Of a DNA stretch of 64,000 nt, positions 38,829-48,448 are shown in pieces (position 1 is the first letter of the stretch; each line of letters opens with the position of its first letter). Both the position numbers and the translations under genes were made by a program. Below the pieces are notes generated by a model. That model made no database searches and was not told the DNA's origin. It saw nothing but the letters and a program-made list of their open reading frames with translations. The DNA lies in IMG/VR virus record IMGVR_UViG_3300024343_000006; one strand, given 5' to 3'. This DNA is from an uncultured virus (IMG/VR IMGVR_UViG_3300024343_000006). Taxonomy: Duplodnaviria > Heunggongvirae > Uroviricota > Caudoviricetes.

Positions 38829-39902
38829 ATGGCAAGCATCTTAGACAAAATTAAAAAGAATTCCACAATCAAAGACTCTGCGATTCTTTCTGAATCAAAG
38901 TTCTTTAAGAAGAAGGATATGATTCCTACTTCTGTTCCAATTATCAACGTAGCCTTATCAGGTCGCCTTGATGGTGGACTCACTCCAGGTATTACAATGT
39001 GGGCTGGTCCATCGAAACACTTTAAAACTGCTTTCAGTTTACTGATGGCAAAATCTTATCTTGACAAATATCCAGATGCTGCTTTACTTTTTTACGATTC
39101 TGAGTTCGGTACTCCTCAGTCTTACTTTGATACTTTCGGAATCGACACGTCACGTGTTGTGCACACTCCCCTTACCGATGTAGAACAATTGAAGTTTGAC
39201 ATCATGCAACAACTATCTGAAGTTGAGCGTGGTGAGCATTTGATTATTGTAATTGACTCAATTGGTAATCTTGCTTCTAAGAAAGAAGTTGAAGATGCTA
39301 TGGAAGGTAAGTCTGTTGGTGATATGACTAGAGCAAAACAACTAAAGAGTTTGTTCCGTATGGTTACACCACATCTGAACTTAAAAGACATTCCACTGGT
39401 TGTTGTTAATCACACCTACATGGAAATTGGTATGTTCCCTAAAGCAATCGTTGGTGGTGGTACTGGTGCAATGTATTCCGCAGATAACGTATACATTCTT
39501 GGTCGTCAGCAAGAGAAAGAAGGCACAGAGATTGTAGGTTACAACTTTATCATCAACGTGGAGAAAAGTCGTTATGTCAAAGAAAAATCCAAAATCCCTG
39601 TTAGTGTATCTTTTGATGGTGGTCTATCTAAGTGGTCTGGTCTACTTGACGTGGCGCTTGAGTCAGGACATGTCATCAAGCCATCGAATGGTTGGTATCA
39701 AAAGGTAAACAAAGAAACTGGTGAGATCGATGACAAGAAATATCGCATCAAAGATACAGACTCAAAAGAGTTCTGGTTGCCAATTCTTACAAGTAAGTCG
39801 TTCTATGATTTTATCAAGAACAAATATTCAATCGGTCAGGGCGAAGTAATGATGCGTGATGAATTAGATACTGCACTAGAAGCATTAGAGTTCGATGAAT
39901 AA
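38829..39902 (+). CDS. uvsX: RecA-like recombinase
   Basis: AGPSKHFKT, FYDSEFG, IDSIGNLASKKE. Confidence 0.97.
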   Translation: MASILDKIKKNSTIKDSAILSESKFFKKKDMIPTSVPIINVALSGRLDGGLTPGITMWAGPSKHFKTAFSLLMAKSYLDKYPDAALLFYDSEFGTPQSYFDTFGIDTSRVVHTPLTDVEQLKFDIMQQLSEVERGEHLIIVIDSIGNLASKKEVEDAMEGKSVGDMTRAKQLKSLFRMVTPHLNLKDIPLVVVNHTYMEIGMFPKAIVGGGTGAMYSADNVYILGRQQEKEGTEIVGYNFIINVEKSRYVKEKSKIPVSVSFDGGLSKWSGLLDVALESGHVIKPSNGWYQKVNKETGEIDDKKYRIKDTDSKEFWLPILTSKSFYDFIKNKYSIGQGEVMMRDELDTALEALEFDE

Positions 39903-40230
39903 ACATCTTGCAGAACCGCCAGTTACAGTAGTCGAGAATAGGAAGACTGGTCTCGACGCATTACGTTTGACTGATGGACCATACAAAGGTATAATCTATA
40001 CCTATGGAAAAGTTTCTTTTGATGAAGAAGGAACCGAGAAAGTTCATATGAAATTTGAATATGACATCCTAGAAGATTCAGGTGTTAGTTATGATGACGA
40101 TGAATTTGAAATATACATTGGTCACATTCTCCAACACTTGATCACTAAGCAACTCCAAGAAAATAGCATTACATACACTGGTGGAATTGATGAGAATAGA
40201 ACAGAAGATCCTGAGCAGTCTGATACATGA
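39895..40230 (+). CDS. Hypothetical protein (gp40 position)
   Basis: GPYKGIIYTYGKV; between uvsX and gp41. Confidence 0.6.
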   Translation: MNKHLAEPPVTVVENRKTGLDALRLTDGPYKGIIYTYGKVSFDEEGTEKVHMKFEYDILEDSGVSYDDDEFEIYIGHILQHLITKQLQENSITYTGGIDENRTEDPEQSDT

Positions 40231-41584
40231 TGAAAAGTATTGTCGTAAAGTTATCCCATTTATTAAAAAAGATTATTTCTCTGAACGAAACGAAGCTGTC
40301 CTTGCAACTGAAGTAATTAAATTCTTCACAACATATAACAAGCCAGCAACTAAAGAGATTTTATCAATTGAAGTAGGTAACAGGAAAGACTTAAACGATA
40401 AAGAACTGTCAGACATTAATGAATACATAAAAAACATCAGCAATGAACCAGTCAATGAAGACTGGTTGATGGAAAACACCGAGAAATTTTGTAAAGACAG
40501 GGCTGTATATAATGCAATTCTTAAATCAATCCAAATTATTGATGGTCGGGATAAAACCCATACAAGTGATGCTCTTCCCTCTATTCTTAGTGATGCTCTT
40601 GCTGTGTCTTTCGATAACCATGTTGGTCATGATTACATCGATGACCATACAAGTCGTTATGAATTCTATCACAGGGTTGAAGAAAAAGTTCCTTTCGATT
40701 TGGATATTTTTAACAAAATCACCAAAGGTGGATTGAGTAAGAAAACTTTAAACATTGTATTGGCTGGTACTGGTGTTGGTAAGTCTCTGTTCATGTGTCA
40801 CATGGCTGCAGGAGTATTGACTCAGGGTAGGAATGTTCTTTACATTACTATGGAGATGGCTGAAGAAAGAATCGCAGAACGTATCGATGCAAACTTACTG
40901 AACCTTACTATGGATGAGTTGAAAGTTATCGATAAAGATATTTACGAGAATCGTATTGATAAGATTGCTAAAAAGACTAAAGGTAAGTTGATCATTAAAG
41001 AATATCCAACTGCTGGCGCACACTCTGGTCACTTCAGAGCATTGTTGGAAGAATTAAAGTTGAAGAGAGAATATGCGCCAGACATCATATTCATTGACTA
41101 TTTGAACATTTGTGCGTCTCAACGCATGAAGCAAGGTGGAAGTGTTAACTCTTATACATATATTAAGAGTATTGCAGAAGAGTTAAGGGGTCTTGCAGTT
41201 GAGTATAATGTTCCGATTGTATCGGCTACACAAACTACTCGATCTGGATTCACAAACTCTGATCCAGGACTCGAAGATACTTCAGAGTCATTCGGCTTAC
41301 CAGCAACTGCTGACTTTATGGTTGCATTGATTAGCAATGAAGAATTAGAACAGTTGAATCAAATAATTGTCAAGCAATTAAAAAACAGGTATAATGATCC
41401 TAGTTACTTTAAAAGATTCGTAGTTGGGATTGATAGATCTAAAATGAGGTTGTATGATGTCGAAGCCTCTGCACAAATTGGATTGTCTGACTCTGGTCAA
41501 GAAGATGATGGTCCAGTTTTTGACAAAGGTACATTTGGTAAGAGAATGAATACTGAAGAAAAATTTAGCGGATTTAAGTTTTAG
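40190..41584 (+). CDS. gp41: Replicative helicase
   Basis: LAGTGVGKS, IFIDYLNIC, SATQTTRSG, SESFGLPATAD. Confidence 0.97.
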   Translation: MRIEQKILSSLIHDEKYCRKVIPFIKKDYFSERNEAVLATEVIKFFTTYNKPATKEILSIEVGNRKDLNDKELSDINEYIKNISNEPVNEDWLMENTEKFCKDRAVYNAILKSIQIIDGRDKTHTSDALPSILSDALAVSFDNHVGHDYIDDHTSRYEFYHRVEEKVPFDLDIFNKITKGGLSKKTLNIVLAGTGVGKSLFMCHMAAGVLTQGRNVLYITMEMAEERIAERIDANLLNLTMDELKVIDKDIYENRIDKIAKKTKGKLIIKEYPTAGAHSGHFRALLEELKLKREYAPDIIFIDYLNICASQRMKQGGSVNSYTYIKSIAEELRGLAVEYNVPIVSATQTTRSGFTNSDPGLEDTSESFGLPATADFMVALISNEELEQLNQIIVKQLKNRYNDPSYFKRFVVGIDRSKMRLYDVEASAQIGLSDSGQEDDGPVFDKGTFGKRMNTEEKFSGFKF

Positions 41585-41592
41585 GAGAGAAT

Positions 41593-42894
41593 ATGGTAAA
41601 AGTTATCGTAGCAAAAGAAAAGTTTGATTGTTCAAAGTTAGAAGGAACATTCGTAGACGAATCTCATTATGATCATCTCATCGAAGAAGATACTGATGTT
41701 TACATGCCATCATCAATTGATGGTGGAGATCCTTACAGTGAGAAGCGTATTGTTCTAAAGTTTCGTAAGAACTACTTCACACAAGAGCAACAAGATCAAG
41801 CATATCTTGGTCTGAAAGATGCAGCAACTGAAACTCAGAACAGAGGTAAAGCAGCTGGACCACGTGGCGACAAATTGGGTAATCGTGAGTGGGTTACTGA
41901 GTATGAATATGCCATCTTAGAATACTTTGAAGAAGCAAAGGCTATGCTTGGTGAAGATCCAGTTGAACAGATTCGTCAGAAATATAAAAACGCTGTTCAG
42001 AAACCATCCACACGAAATAATGTTTGGGGTATCCAAGCAGTTAAGAAAGATGGTTTTGATTTCGAGAAGTGGGTTGAAGCGACAAGCAAACTATCAGATA
42101 CAGAACAACATTACGAATCCCTGCGCATTCAAAAGAAATATGTTTGTCCAACAACTTATGCTAATGGAGTTCTTTCTGGCATTGCTGGTTGGTTCGATCG
42201 TTACCCACGTATCCCTTATGGTCGTGCTACTTCTTATACTGCAAATAACTTTGAAAAGTTTAAGATGTCATATCCATTCCTTCAGCAACTATCTAAAGGA
42301 TTTAAGGAATATCTTCCAGAGCGTTTTGCAGCGCAGATGTCTGCAGCAAACAAACTTGATTCAGCATTCTTAGTTCCTGAAACTCCATTCACAACTATCA
42401 CTGTTAACAATACATTTAGAACTGCTGCTCACTACGATGCAGGTGACTTGAATGAAGGTTTGTCGAATCTATTGACATTGTCTAATGATGGTAAGTATAC
42501 TGGTGGATATCTGATTGCTCCTGAGTATCGTGTTGCAGTTAATCCACGTCCAGGTGATTTGCTTCTTATCAACAATCACGAAGTTATGCATGGTAATACT
42601 CCGATTGTTTGTCCAGAAGGTTCAGAGCGTATTAGTCTTGTTGTTTACTTCAGAGAAAAGATGCTCGAGTTGGGTAGCAAAGCATATGAAGATGCACGCT
42701 ATGAATATGTAGAGGGACGCAGGTTAAATAAAGAACACCCAGAACATAAAGATCGCCATCTTTGGAATGGTGTTACTGCAGGTATGTGGGATGAGAAAGA
42801 GTGGTATGACTTCTTGAGTGCTAAACAGGGTGGTGAAGATATGCTTGCTAAATATCATCCTACAACCAAAGGTGCTCTTGAGGAGTTTTTCTAA
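41593..42894 (+). CDS. TET/JBP-family 2OG-Fe(II) dioxygenase (putative 5-methylpyrimidine oxygenase)
   Basis: FTTITVNNTFRTAAHYDAGD (HxD), GGYL..PEYRVAV..RPGDLL, HEVMHGNT, RISLVVYFREKM. Confidence 0.85.
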   Translation: MVKVIVAKEKFDCSKLEGTFVDESHYDHLIEEDTDVYMPSSIDGGDPYSEKRIVLKFRKNYFTQEQQDQAYLGLKDAATETQNRGKAAGPRGDKLGNREWVTEYEYAILEYFEEAKAMLGEDPVEQIRQKYKNAVQKPSTRNNVWGIQAVKKDGFDFEKWVEATSKLSDTEQHYESLRIQKKYVCPTTYANGVLSGIAGWFDRYPRIPYGRATSYTANNFEKFKMSYPFLQQLSKGFKEYLPERFAAQMSAANKLDSAFLVPETPFTTITVNNTFRTAAHYDAGDLNEGLSNLLTLSNDGKYTGGYLIAPEYRVAVNPRPGDLLLINNHEVMHGNTPIVCPEGSERISLVVYFREKMLELGSKAYEDARYEYVEGRRLNKEHPEHKDRHLWNGVTAGMWDEKEWYDFLSAKQGGEDMLAKYHPTTKGALEEFF

Positions 42895-42896
42895 TA

Positions 42897-43592
42897 ATGT
42901 GTTCCATAATTGGTGCTGTGTTAAAGAATCCTCGTCATGAGGATTTTGAAATGATTCGTAGAGTATTCCTTGAGTCTAAGATTCGAGGAATGCATGCGAC
43001 AGGTATATCTTTTTTACCGCATTGGAGTAAGTCAGTTGTAACTATCAAAGAAGCAATGCCATCTGATAGATTTATTGATACTCATATGCATATTGATAAT
43101 ATGAAGGAGATGGTTAATGACGATGGTACTCTTTACCTTATTGGTCACTGTAGATATAGCACTAGCGATTTATCTTATAATCAACCGCTAGCAAATGAAT
43201 TGAAGTCCATTGTTCATAATGGAGTTATTACACAAGAACTTCCTGAGAACTGGGGTAACATTTATCCTTACACATTTGAAACTAAGAATGACTCTGAGTT
43301 AGTATTACATTCAGATGACCCACTCAGAGAGTTCCCAGATGCATCTATGGCAGTGTGTGAACTTTATGTAGATCGTAAGTTGCGATTCTATCGTAATGGT
43401 AAACGTCCATTATACTTGACAAGTATTGAATGTGGGAGTATAATTACCTCTACGGCAGATGTTCCAAAACGTGCTGAGGTTGCAGGGTTTCCAGTTAATG
43501 TTCTTATGAATCATTACAATACATTTGATGGTGACCTTGCATTGACGATTGAGCGAGTTGATATTAAAGATGCATTAGATTACCAAAAATGA
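42897..43592 (+). CDS. Class II (Ntn) glutamine amidotransferase, stand-alone
   Basis: N-terminal MC, RGMHATG, GHCRYST, HNGVI, NDSE. Confidence 0.88.
   Translation: MCSIIGAVLKNPRHEDFEMIRRVFLESKIRGMHATGISFLPHWSKSVVTIKEAMPSDRFIDTHMHIDNMKEMVNDDGTLYLIGHCRYSTSDLSYNQPLANELKSIVHNGVITQELPENWGNIYPYTFETKNDSELVLHSDDPLREFPDASMAVCELYVDRKLRFYRNGKRPLYLTSIECGSIITSTADVPKRAEVAGFPVNVLMNHYNTFDGDLALTIERVDIKDALDYQK
43416..43444 (+). promoter_or_regulatory. Perfect sigma70 consensus embedded in the amidotransferase gene
   Basis: TTGACA-17bp-TATAAT. Confidence 0.7.
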
Positions 43593-44227
43593 TATTAGTT
43601 GATTTAGCAAAAGTAGAAAACATTATTTCAAATATTCCAGCTGGTAAGAATACAAAATTCTTATCGGCTGCACATTCATTATGGTATCGGTTTCACAATT
43701 ATGACAAAGCATTACCAATGGCTTATGAAGTTAATGGTGATGTTGTTTGTTTAATCTTTGCTACATTCAATCGTGATGGTTATGCCAACCTGTATGAGAT
43801 CGTAACACTCGAAGGAAAAGAAGGAAATGGATACGCATCAAAGTGTTGGGACGCATGGATTAAATACGCAGTCGAAGAACGAAAGTCTAAACGACTTAAA
43901 ATCTCTTGCACACCTTCTTCAGTCACATGGCATTATCGCAATGGACTCATCTTCTGGGCAGTTGACCCGACTGGCTCGTTACGTTCTGACCAACCATTAT
44001 TCTCAACTAGGCAAGAGCAAATTAGCTACAGAAATAATGCTATTATCAATCCATCCTCTGCTCTGCCACCAAGCAAAGCACAAGATCAGTTTAGGTTAGA
44101 AGGATTAGAATTATATAAATGGGGTGACAAGAAGAAAGAAAAAACTCAAACAGCAATTGATGCAGTTGGTACAGCATGGCTACGAGATGCTCTTATGAAT
44201 CAACCAACACTACAAGAATTTTTATAA
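43589..44227 (+). CDS. GNAT-fold acetyltransferase-like protein
   Basis: LYEIVTLEGKEGNGYAS (motif A-like), ISCTPSSVTWHYRNGL (motif B-like). Confidence 0.65.
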   Translation: MILVDLAKVENIISNIPAGKNTKFLSAAHSLWYRFHNYDKALPMAYEVNGDVVCLIFATFNRDGYANLYEIVTLEGKEGNGYASKCWDAWIKYAVEERKSKRLKISCTPSSVTWHYRNGLIFWAVDPTGSLRSDQPLFSTRQEQISYRNNAIINPSSALPPSKAQDQFRLEGLELYKWGDKKKEKTQTAIDAVGTAWLRDALMNQPTLQEFL

Positions 44228-45243
44228 TGGATTATCGTTTACAAGAAAATCGTAAAGAAGCATTCATACGCTGGTACGCATGGTCATTGAAGTATGATGA
44301 TTGTGATCCAGCAGTATGGGCAACGAACTATCTTAATAAAAGATATGAACACAATGATGAACAGCGTCTTTGGTTTGCATGGCTTTATGGTAATACATAC
44401 CAGTTGCAAACTGCATGGGTACTAATGAATGAGTTTCCTGATTATGAATTAGCAACAGTTGATAGAATCACTCAATGGAATACAGCTAACTATAAGAGAC
44501 TACGATATCAAACTGATACAAAGTGGAACAAAGGACATCTTCCTGCCATGTTCGAGTCTTACCAAAAATTTATAGGAAGTGGAACACAACGTGATAGGAT
44601 GGAAAGTTTTTATGCATCATCAGAGGAAGACACTTTTGATAGACTGTGGGATGGGGTTAAGTCGAGCCTGCATAAATTTGGTCGTTATTCCACTTGGTTT
44701 TACTTACAGCATCTTAAACATACTGCTGGCATCTCTGTTAATCCTACTTCTCTCATGCTGGACGATTATGATGGTTCCCGTAGTCATCGTAATGGACTTC
44801 TGTATGCCCTTGGACAAGAATCCGATTGTGATCGAAGACTCAGTAATATGGAGTATTCAAACCTCGAAGTACATGCAAAAGAAATTCTGGAAGAAAGTAA
44901 AAGACGATTCCCTGACTTAGCAGGACAGATTGATTTCTTTACCATGGAAACCTGCTTGTGTTCTTTTAAGAAACTATTCAGAGAACACCATGGACGTTAC
45001 CTTGGTTACTATCTAGATCGTCAGGCTGAAGAGATTGTTAAAGCAGAGAATGATAGTTGGTATGGTATTGATTGGGATGTTCTTTGGCAAGCACGTGAAG
45101 AAACAATTGATTTTAGATTAGACCATAAACGTGGTATCGATAAAGAAAGGTTTTCTTCTTTCCTGAATTCAGGTAAATTAGAAAATTTAGAATGGATGTT
45201 TAATGATGAAGAATCTATACTAATTGGATTGGAGAATTTTTAA
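44227..45243 (+). CDS. Amino acid:DNA transferase-like (aGPT-PPlase clade 2, HhH glycosylase-related)
   Basis: DCDP, EQRLWFAWLYGNTY, RYQTDTK, KFGRYSTWFYLQHL, SHRNGL, METCLCSFKK. Confidence 0.75.
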   Translation: MDYRLQENRKEAFIRWYAWSLKYDDCDPAVWATNYLNKRYEHNDEQRLWFAWLYGNTYQLQTAWVLMNEFPDYELATVDRITQWNTANYKRLRYQTDTKWNKGHLPAMFESYQKFIGSGTQRDRMESFYASSEEDTFDRLWDGVKSSLHKFGRYSTWFYLQHLKHTAGISVNPTSLMLDDYDGSRSHRNGLLYALGQESDCDRRLSNMEYSNLEVHAKEILEESKRRFPDLAGQIDFFTMETCLCSFKKLFREHHGRYLGYYLDRQAEEIVKAENDSWYGIDWDVLWQAREETIDFRLDHKRGIDKERFSSFLNSGKLENLEWMFNDEESILIGLENF

Positions 45244-45686
45244 TGGCTATTAATAAACCACAGCCCAACTGGGGTGATAATATGATTGTGACTGGTACAG
45301 GTTTACAACCATTTTCAAATGGTGGGACTCTCAGTATCAATACTGCAATGAATACAGGCACTGTTGCAGCAAGTGGATCTTATACTACAAATACCATAAG
45401 TGTACAAAAACCTGTAGATGAAGTTTTAGATCAATTTGATATGAATGAAGTTGTCGTTGAACATAAAGTTACAACATTTGAACTTGCCAAATTGAAAGAA
45501 ACTGTAGACTACCACGACATCATTAAACAAAATTTGTCTAAGAAGATTTCTGAAAGTATAATTAACAAAGCAAGATTCACGAAGAAGCAAGATCTTGACT
45601 CAGATACTATATCTTTTCGTGGAAGAGTATGGGTATTTAATAAAGAAGAATTGATGGATTTAATAAAGGAAGTCAGAAATGTTTGA
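45243..45686 (+). CDS. Hypothetical protein within the modification operon
   Basis: Coupled on both sides. Confidence 0.6.
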   Translation: MAINKPQPNWGDNMIVTGTGLQPFSNGGTLSINTAMNTGTVAASGSYTTNTISVQKPVDEVLDQFDMNEVVVEHKVTTFELAKLKETVDYHDIIKQNLSKKISESIINKARFTKKQDLDSDTISFRGRVWVFNKEELMDLIKEVRNV

Positions 45687-46281
45687 TAAATTTGGAGTAG
45701 TTGACGAGATTAGTGTTCAGTTGATTAGAAACCCCACTAAGACTAGAAAGATTATCGCAGTTGGTGGGCAACCTGGAACTGGTAAGACTACACTGTTTCG
45801 TAAATTTATGGAAAATAAACAGTGGATTGTAGGTGAACCAGCCAAGTTGGTATCAGCATCCTATAATACCGAACGAGATCTATACATCCTTGGTAAATAT
45901 GATGAGGGTGAAACCTTTGCTGGAACAGATCGGCTTTCGATGGCAGTCCAACCAAACCTCCAAGAGTGGGTTAAGTCTAATAACTGCAATATCCTTTTCG
46001 AGGGAGATCGAGTCTTCAACCAGTCATTCCTAGAGTTTTGTATGGAGTTACCTAATACCGAATTGCAAGTGGTCTATTTGGCAGTCCCGAAACCTATGTT
46101 AGAACAGAGATACAAAAATAGGGGTTCTGACCAGTCTGAAACTTTCCTAAAGGGTCGGGAGACTAAATATAGTAATCTATTGTCAAACTTTGACTTGATG
46201 CCTTATATTACTGAGTTTGTAAACACTAACTTAGAGGAGCAGGGGAAAGTACTTGCGCACTTGGAGAAACAGTTTAGTTAA
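45679..46281 (+). CDS. P-loop kinase, 5-hmdU DNA kinase-like
   Basis: IIAVGGQPGTGKTT, LGKY..GETFAGTDRLSM, FEGDR, RYKNRGSDQSETFLKGRETK. Confidence 0.72.
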   Translation: MFDKFGVVDEISVQLIRNPTKTRKIIAVGGQPGTGKTTLFRKFMENKQWIVGEPAKLVSASYNTERDLYILGKYDEGETFAGTDRLSMAVQPNLQEWVKSNNCNILFEGDRVFNQSFLEFCMELPNTELQVVYLAVPKPMLEQRYKNRGSDQSETFLKGRETKYSNLLSNFDLMPYITEFVNTNLEEQGKVLAHLEKQFS

Positions 46282-46301
46282 GCAAGAACTTTCTGGGAAC
46301 T

Positions 46302-46997
46302 ATGAACTTCCTAGAAAAAGCCAATTACGACTGGATGGAACTGCTCAACTTTTATGAGCGTCCATTCAGAGCTAAACTCACACCCTCAAAAGTCTGGATT
46401 GATCTAGATCGTTATAAGAACGATTCTGTCGGTCTTGCCAACTATGCTAAGAAGTGGCGCACCAAAGTCGAATGGCGTAAGGAAAAGTCTAAAGCAAAGT
46501 GGACTGAAACCTATGTAGGAATTGGTGGTGAATATGCTCCAGATGAGAGACAGATAACCATACAAATCTATACTGATAGGTTCAATTCATTCTCCTTTAC
46601 AAATAAGTCTTGGACAGCATTTAAGATGAGATTTATTCAAACTCTCATGCACGAATTGATACACTTCATGCAGTACGAGAGAAGAGATGACTCATGGAGT
46701 AACTACGTTGTACCATATAAAAAGGTGGGTATAGCAAAGAAGGATGAACAGAGAGCATACCTCTCTGAGTTTGATGAGATACAAGCATATGCGCATTGTG
46801 TGTATCTAGATTTTAAGATGCGTAGACCCAGAGTAGAAATCAACATCCTGTTGAATCGTTATAAAAAGAAACGAGATTCGTCTACTCTTCACTTCTTCTT
46901 AAAGACGTTTGATTACGATTTAAGAAACAACATGGCCACTCGAAAGATCATAGATCAAATCGGTAAATGGGATCGTAAATACAACCGAATGACTTGA
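46302..46997 (+). CDS. Hypothetical protein with HEXXH zincin-like motif
   Basis: TLMHELIHFMQ...YLSEFDEIQAYA. Confidence 0.65.
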   Translation: MNFLEKANYDWMELLNFYERPFRAKLTPSKVWIDLDRYKNDSVGLANYAKKWRTKVEWRKEKSKAKWTETYVGIGGEYAPDERQITIQIYTDRFNSFSFTNKSWTAFKMRFIQTLMHELIHFMQYERRDDSWSNYVVPYKKVGIAKKDEQRAYLSEFDEIQAYAHCVYLDFKMRRPRVEINILLNRYKKKRDSSTLHFFLKTFDYDLRNNMATRKIIDQIGKWDRKYNRMT

Positions 46998-47029
46998 CCT
47001 AAATAGTTGATTATTGTAAGATCAACTAT

Positions 47030-48409
47030 ATGGCATACAAATATCCTGAAATGGCTTTAACAGCCAAGAACATATCAGACTTTCTTAAGAAGAAAGGTGC
47101 TGGTGCTTCTGTAAAAACATCCAGATATCAGACTCAGATTAAGTCTGTAGAAGTAGCACATCCAGGAACTTTGGAAGATCTTCTAAAATCTTCTGGTATA
47201 AAAGGTAAGTTAAGTGACATTAGCGCAACAGATGAGAAGGCGATCTCTGGTAAGTACAAAGCAAAGTTACTGACACTTACTACAGCAATTGCTGATTGTA
47301 AGACTGGTGCCACTTGTTTCATTCTCAATACATTTACTGAGAAGGGTACTCTCAAGACTAAAGATCTAGCACCAGAGAAATTAAATTTAACTATTGCTTC
47401 TGGGTATACTGATATTGCTAAATTCGATAAGGCTGTGTATGCAGGTATCGATAATCTTAAAGTTGGAGCAGATATCAAAACTGTTTTAACAGAATTGTAT
47501 AGATCTATTGTTGATAATAAAACCACTAAAGATAGTATCACAATGAATGCTGCTGCCAAGAAAGCAATGGTCTCAATTAAGCCACAAGATCGTCAAGCAA
47601 TCGGTAAAGACTTTGGGGAAATTTTATCACTTCGTTGGTATCTAACCCAACCATTCGGTAAGGGTTATACAAAGTTTGGATTCTCTGTTATCAGTAATGA
47701 AGCATTGGTTGACTTTTATCTTGATAAAAAGGTTGGTAATAAATCTGTTCACGTAGATGTATCTGCTAAATTCGAAGCAGGTGCTGCTCCATCAATTGGT
47801 GCTATTGTTAATAACATCGGCAAAGTCTATAAGACACCAACAGCAGAAGAAAAGAAAGCCATCGGAGTTTTACAGGCTTTGGCTGGTGCTGATGATAATA
47901 CTTCTACAAAAATTCTTAAAGCATTCGAGACTTTAAAGTTACCCTCTTACACTACTCTAAAATCTATAGTTGGTGCAAAGGGAGCATTCACTATTGCAGA
48001 TGTATCTGCAGCTATACAGAAAATAGCAACTGCAAGTAAAACTCCAGCCAACAGAATCAAGATGTTCAATACAGAATATGCTCCGATGTACGAGTCCTTG
48101 GGTAAGAATGCTAGTCCAGATTCATTAGCTGTAGTCTTTAGCACTCCAACTTATAAAAAATACTATTCTTTAATCTTAGCCCCAATGGGATATGCTTTAG
48201 TCGAGTATATGAATAAGAATAAGATCTATCAAGAAATCTTAAATAACATTAGTAGAGAGATGAAGACTGAACAGGTCTATCTAAACTTCGTTGGCGACTC
48301 GATGACCTTCTCTAAGAAGTTGTTTTCTAACGCTGAATTTAAGTTTGCATATGGAGCCAATGCCAAGGATTCCGACAATACAGGTATAAAGTTCTCGATG
48401 AAACATTGA
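47030..48409 (+). CDS. Late hypothetical protein, possible PD-(D/E)xK nuclease fold
   Basis: Preceded by TAAATA; KDFGEIL...NEALVDFYL...VSAK. Confidence 0.55.
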   Translation: MAYKYPEMALTAKNISDFLKKKGAGASVKTSRYQTQIKSVEVAHPGTLEDLLKSSGIKGKLSDISATDEKAISGKYKAKLLTLTTAIADCKTGATCFILNTFTEKGTLKTKDLAPEKLNLTIASGYTDIAKFDKAVYAGIDNLKVGADIKTVLTELYRSIVDNKTTKDSITMNAAAKKAMVSIKPQDRQAIGKDFGEILSLRWYLTQPFGKGYTKFGFSVISNEALVDFYLDKKVGNKSVHVDVSAKFEAGAAPSIGAIVNNIGKVYKTPTAEEKKAIGVLQALAGADDNTSTKILKAFETLKLPSYTTLKSIVGAKGAFTIADVSAAIQKIATASKTPANRIKMFNTEYAPMYESLGKNASPDSLAVVFSTPTYKKYYSLILAPMGYALVEYMNKNKIYQEILNNISREMKTEQVYLNFVGDSMTFSKKLFSNAEFKFAYGANAKDSDNTGIKFSMKH

Positions 48410-48413
48410 GGAT

Positions 48414-48421
48414 TATAAATA
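48414..48421 (+). promoter_or_regulatory. T4 late promoter
   Basis: Exact TATAAATA 28 nt before the ATG at 48449. Confidence 0.8.
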
Positions 48422-48448
48422 AGATATAATACTATACAGATGGATTAA

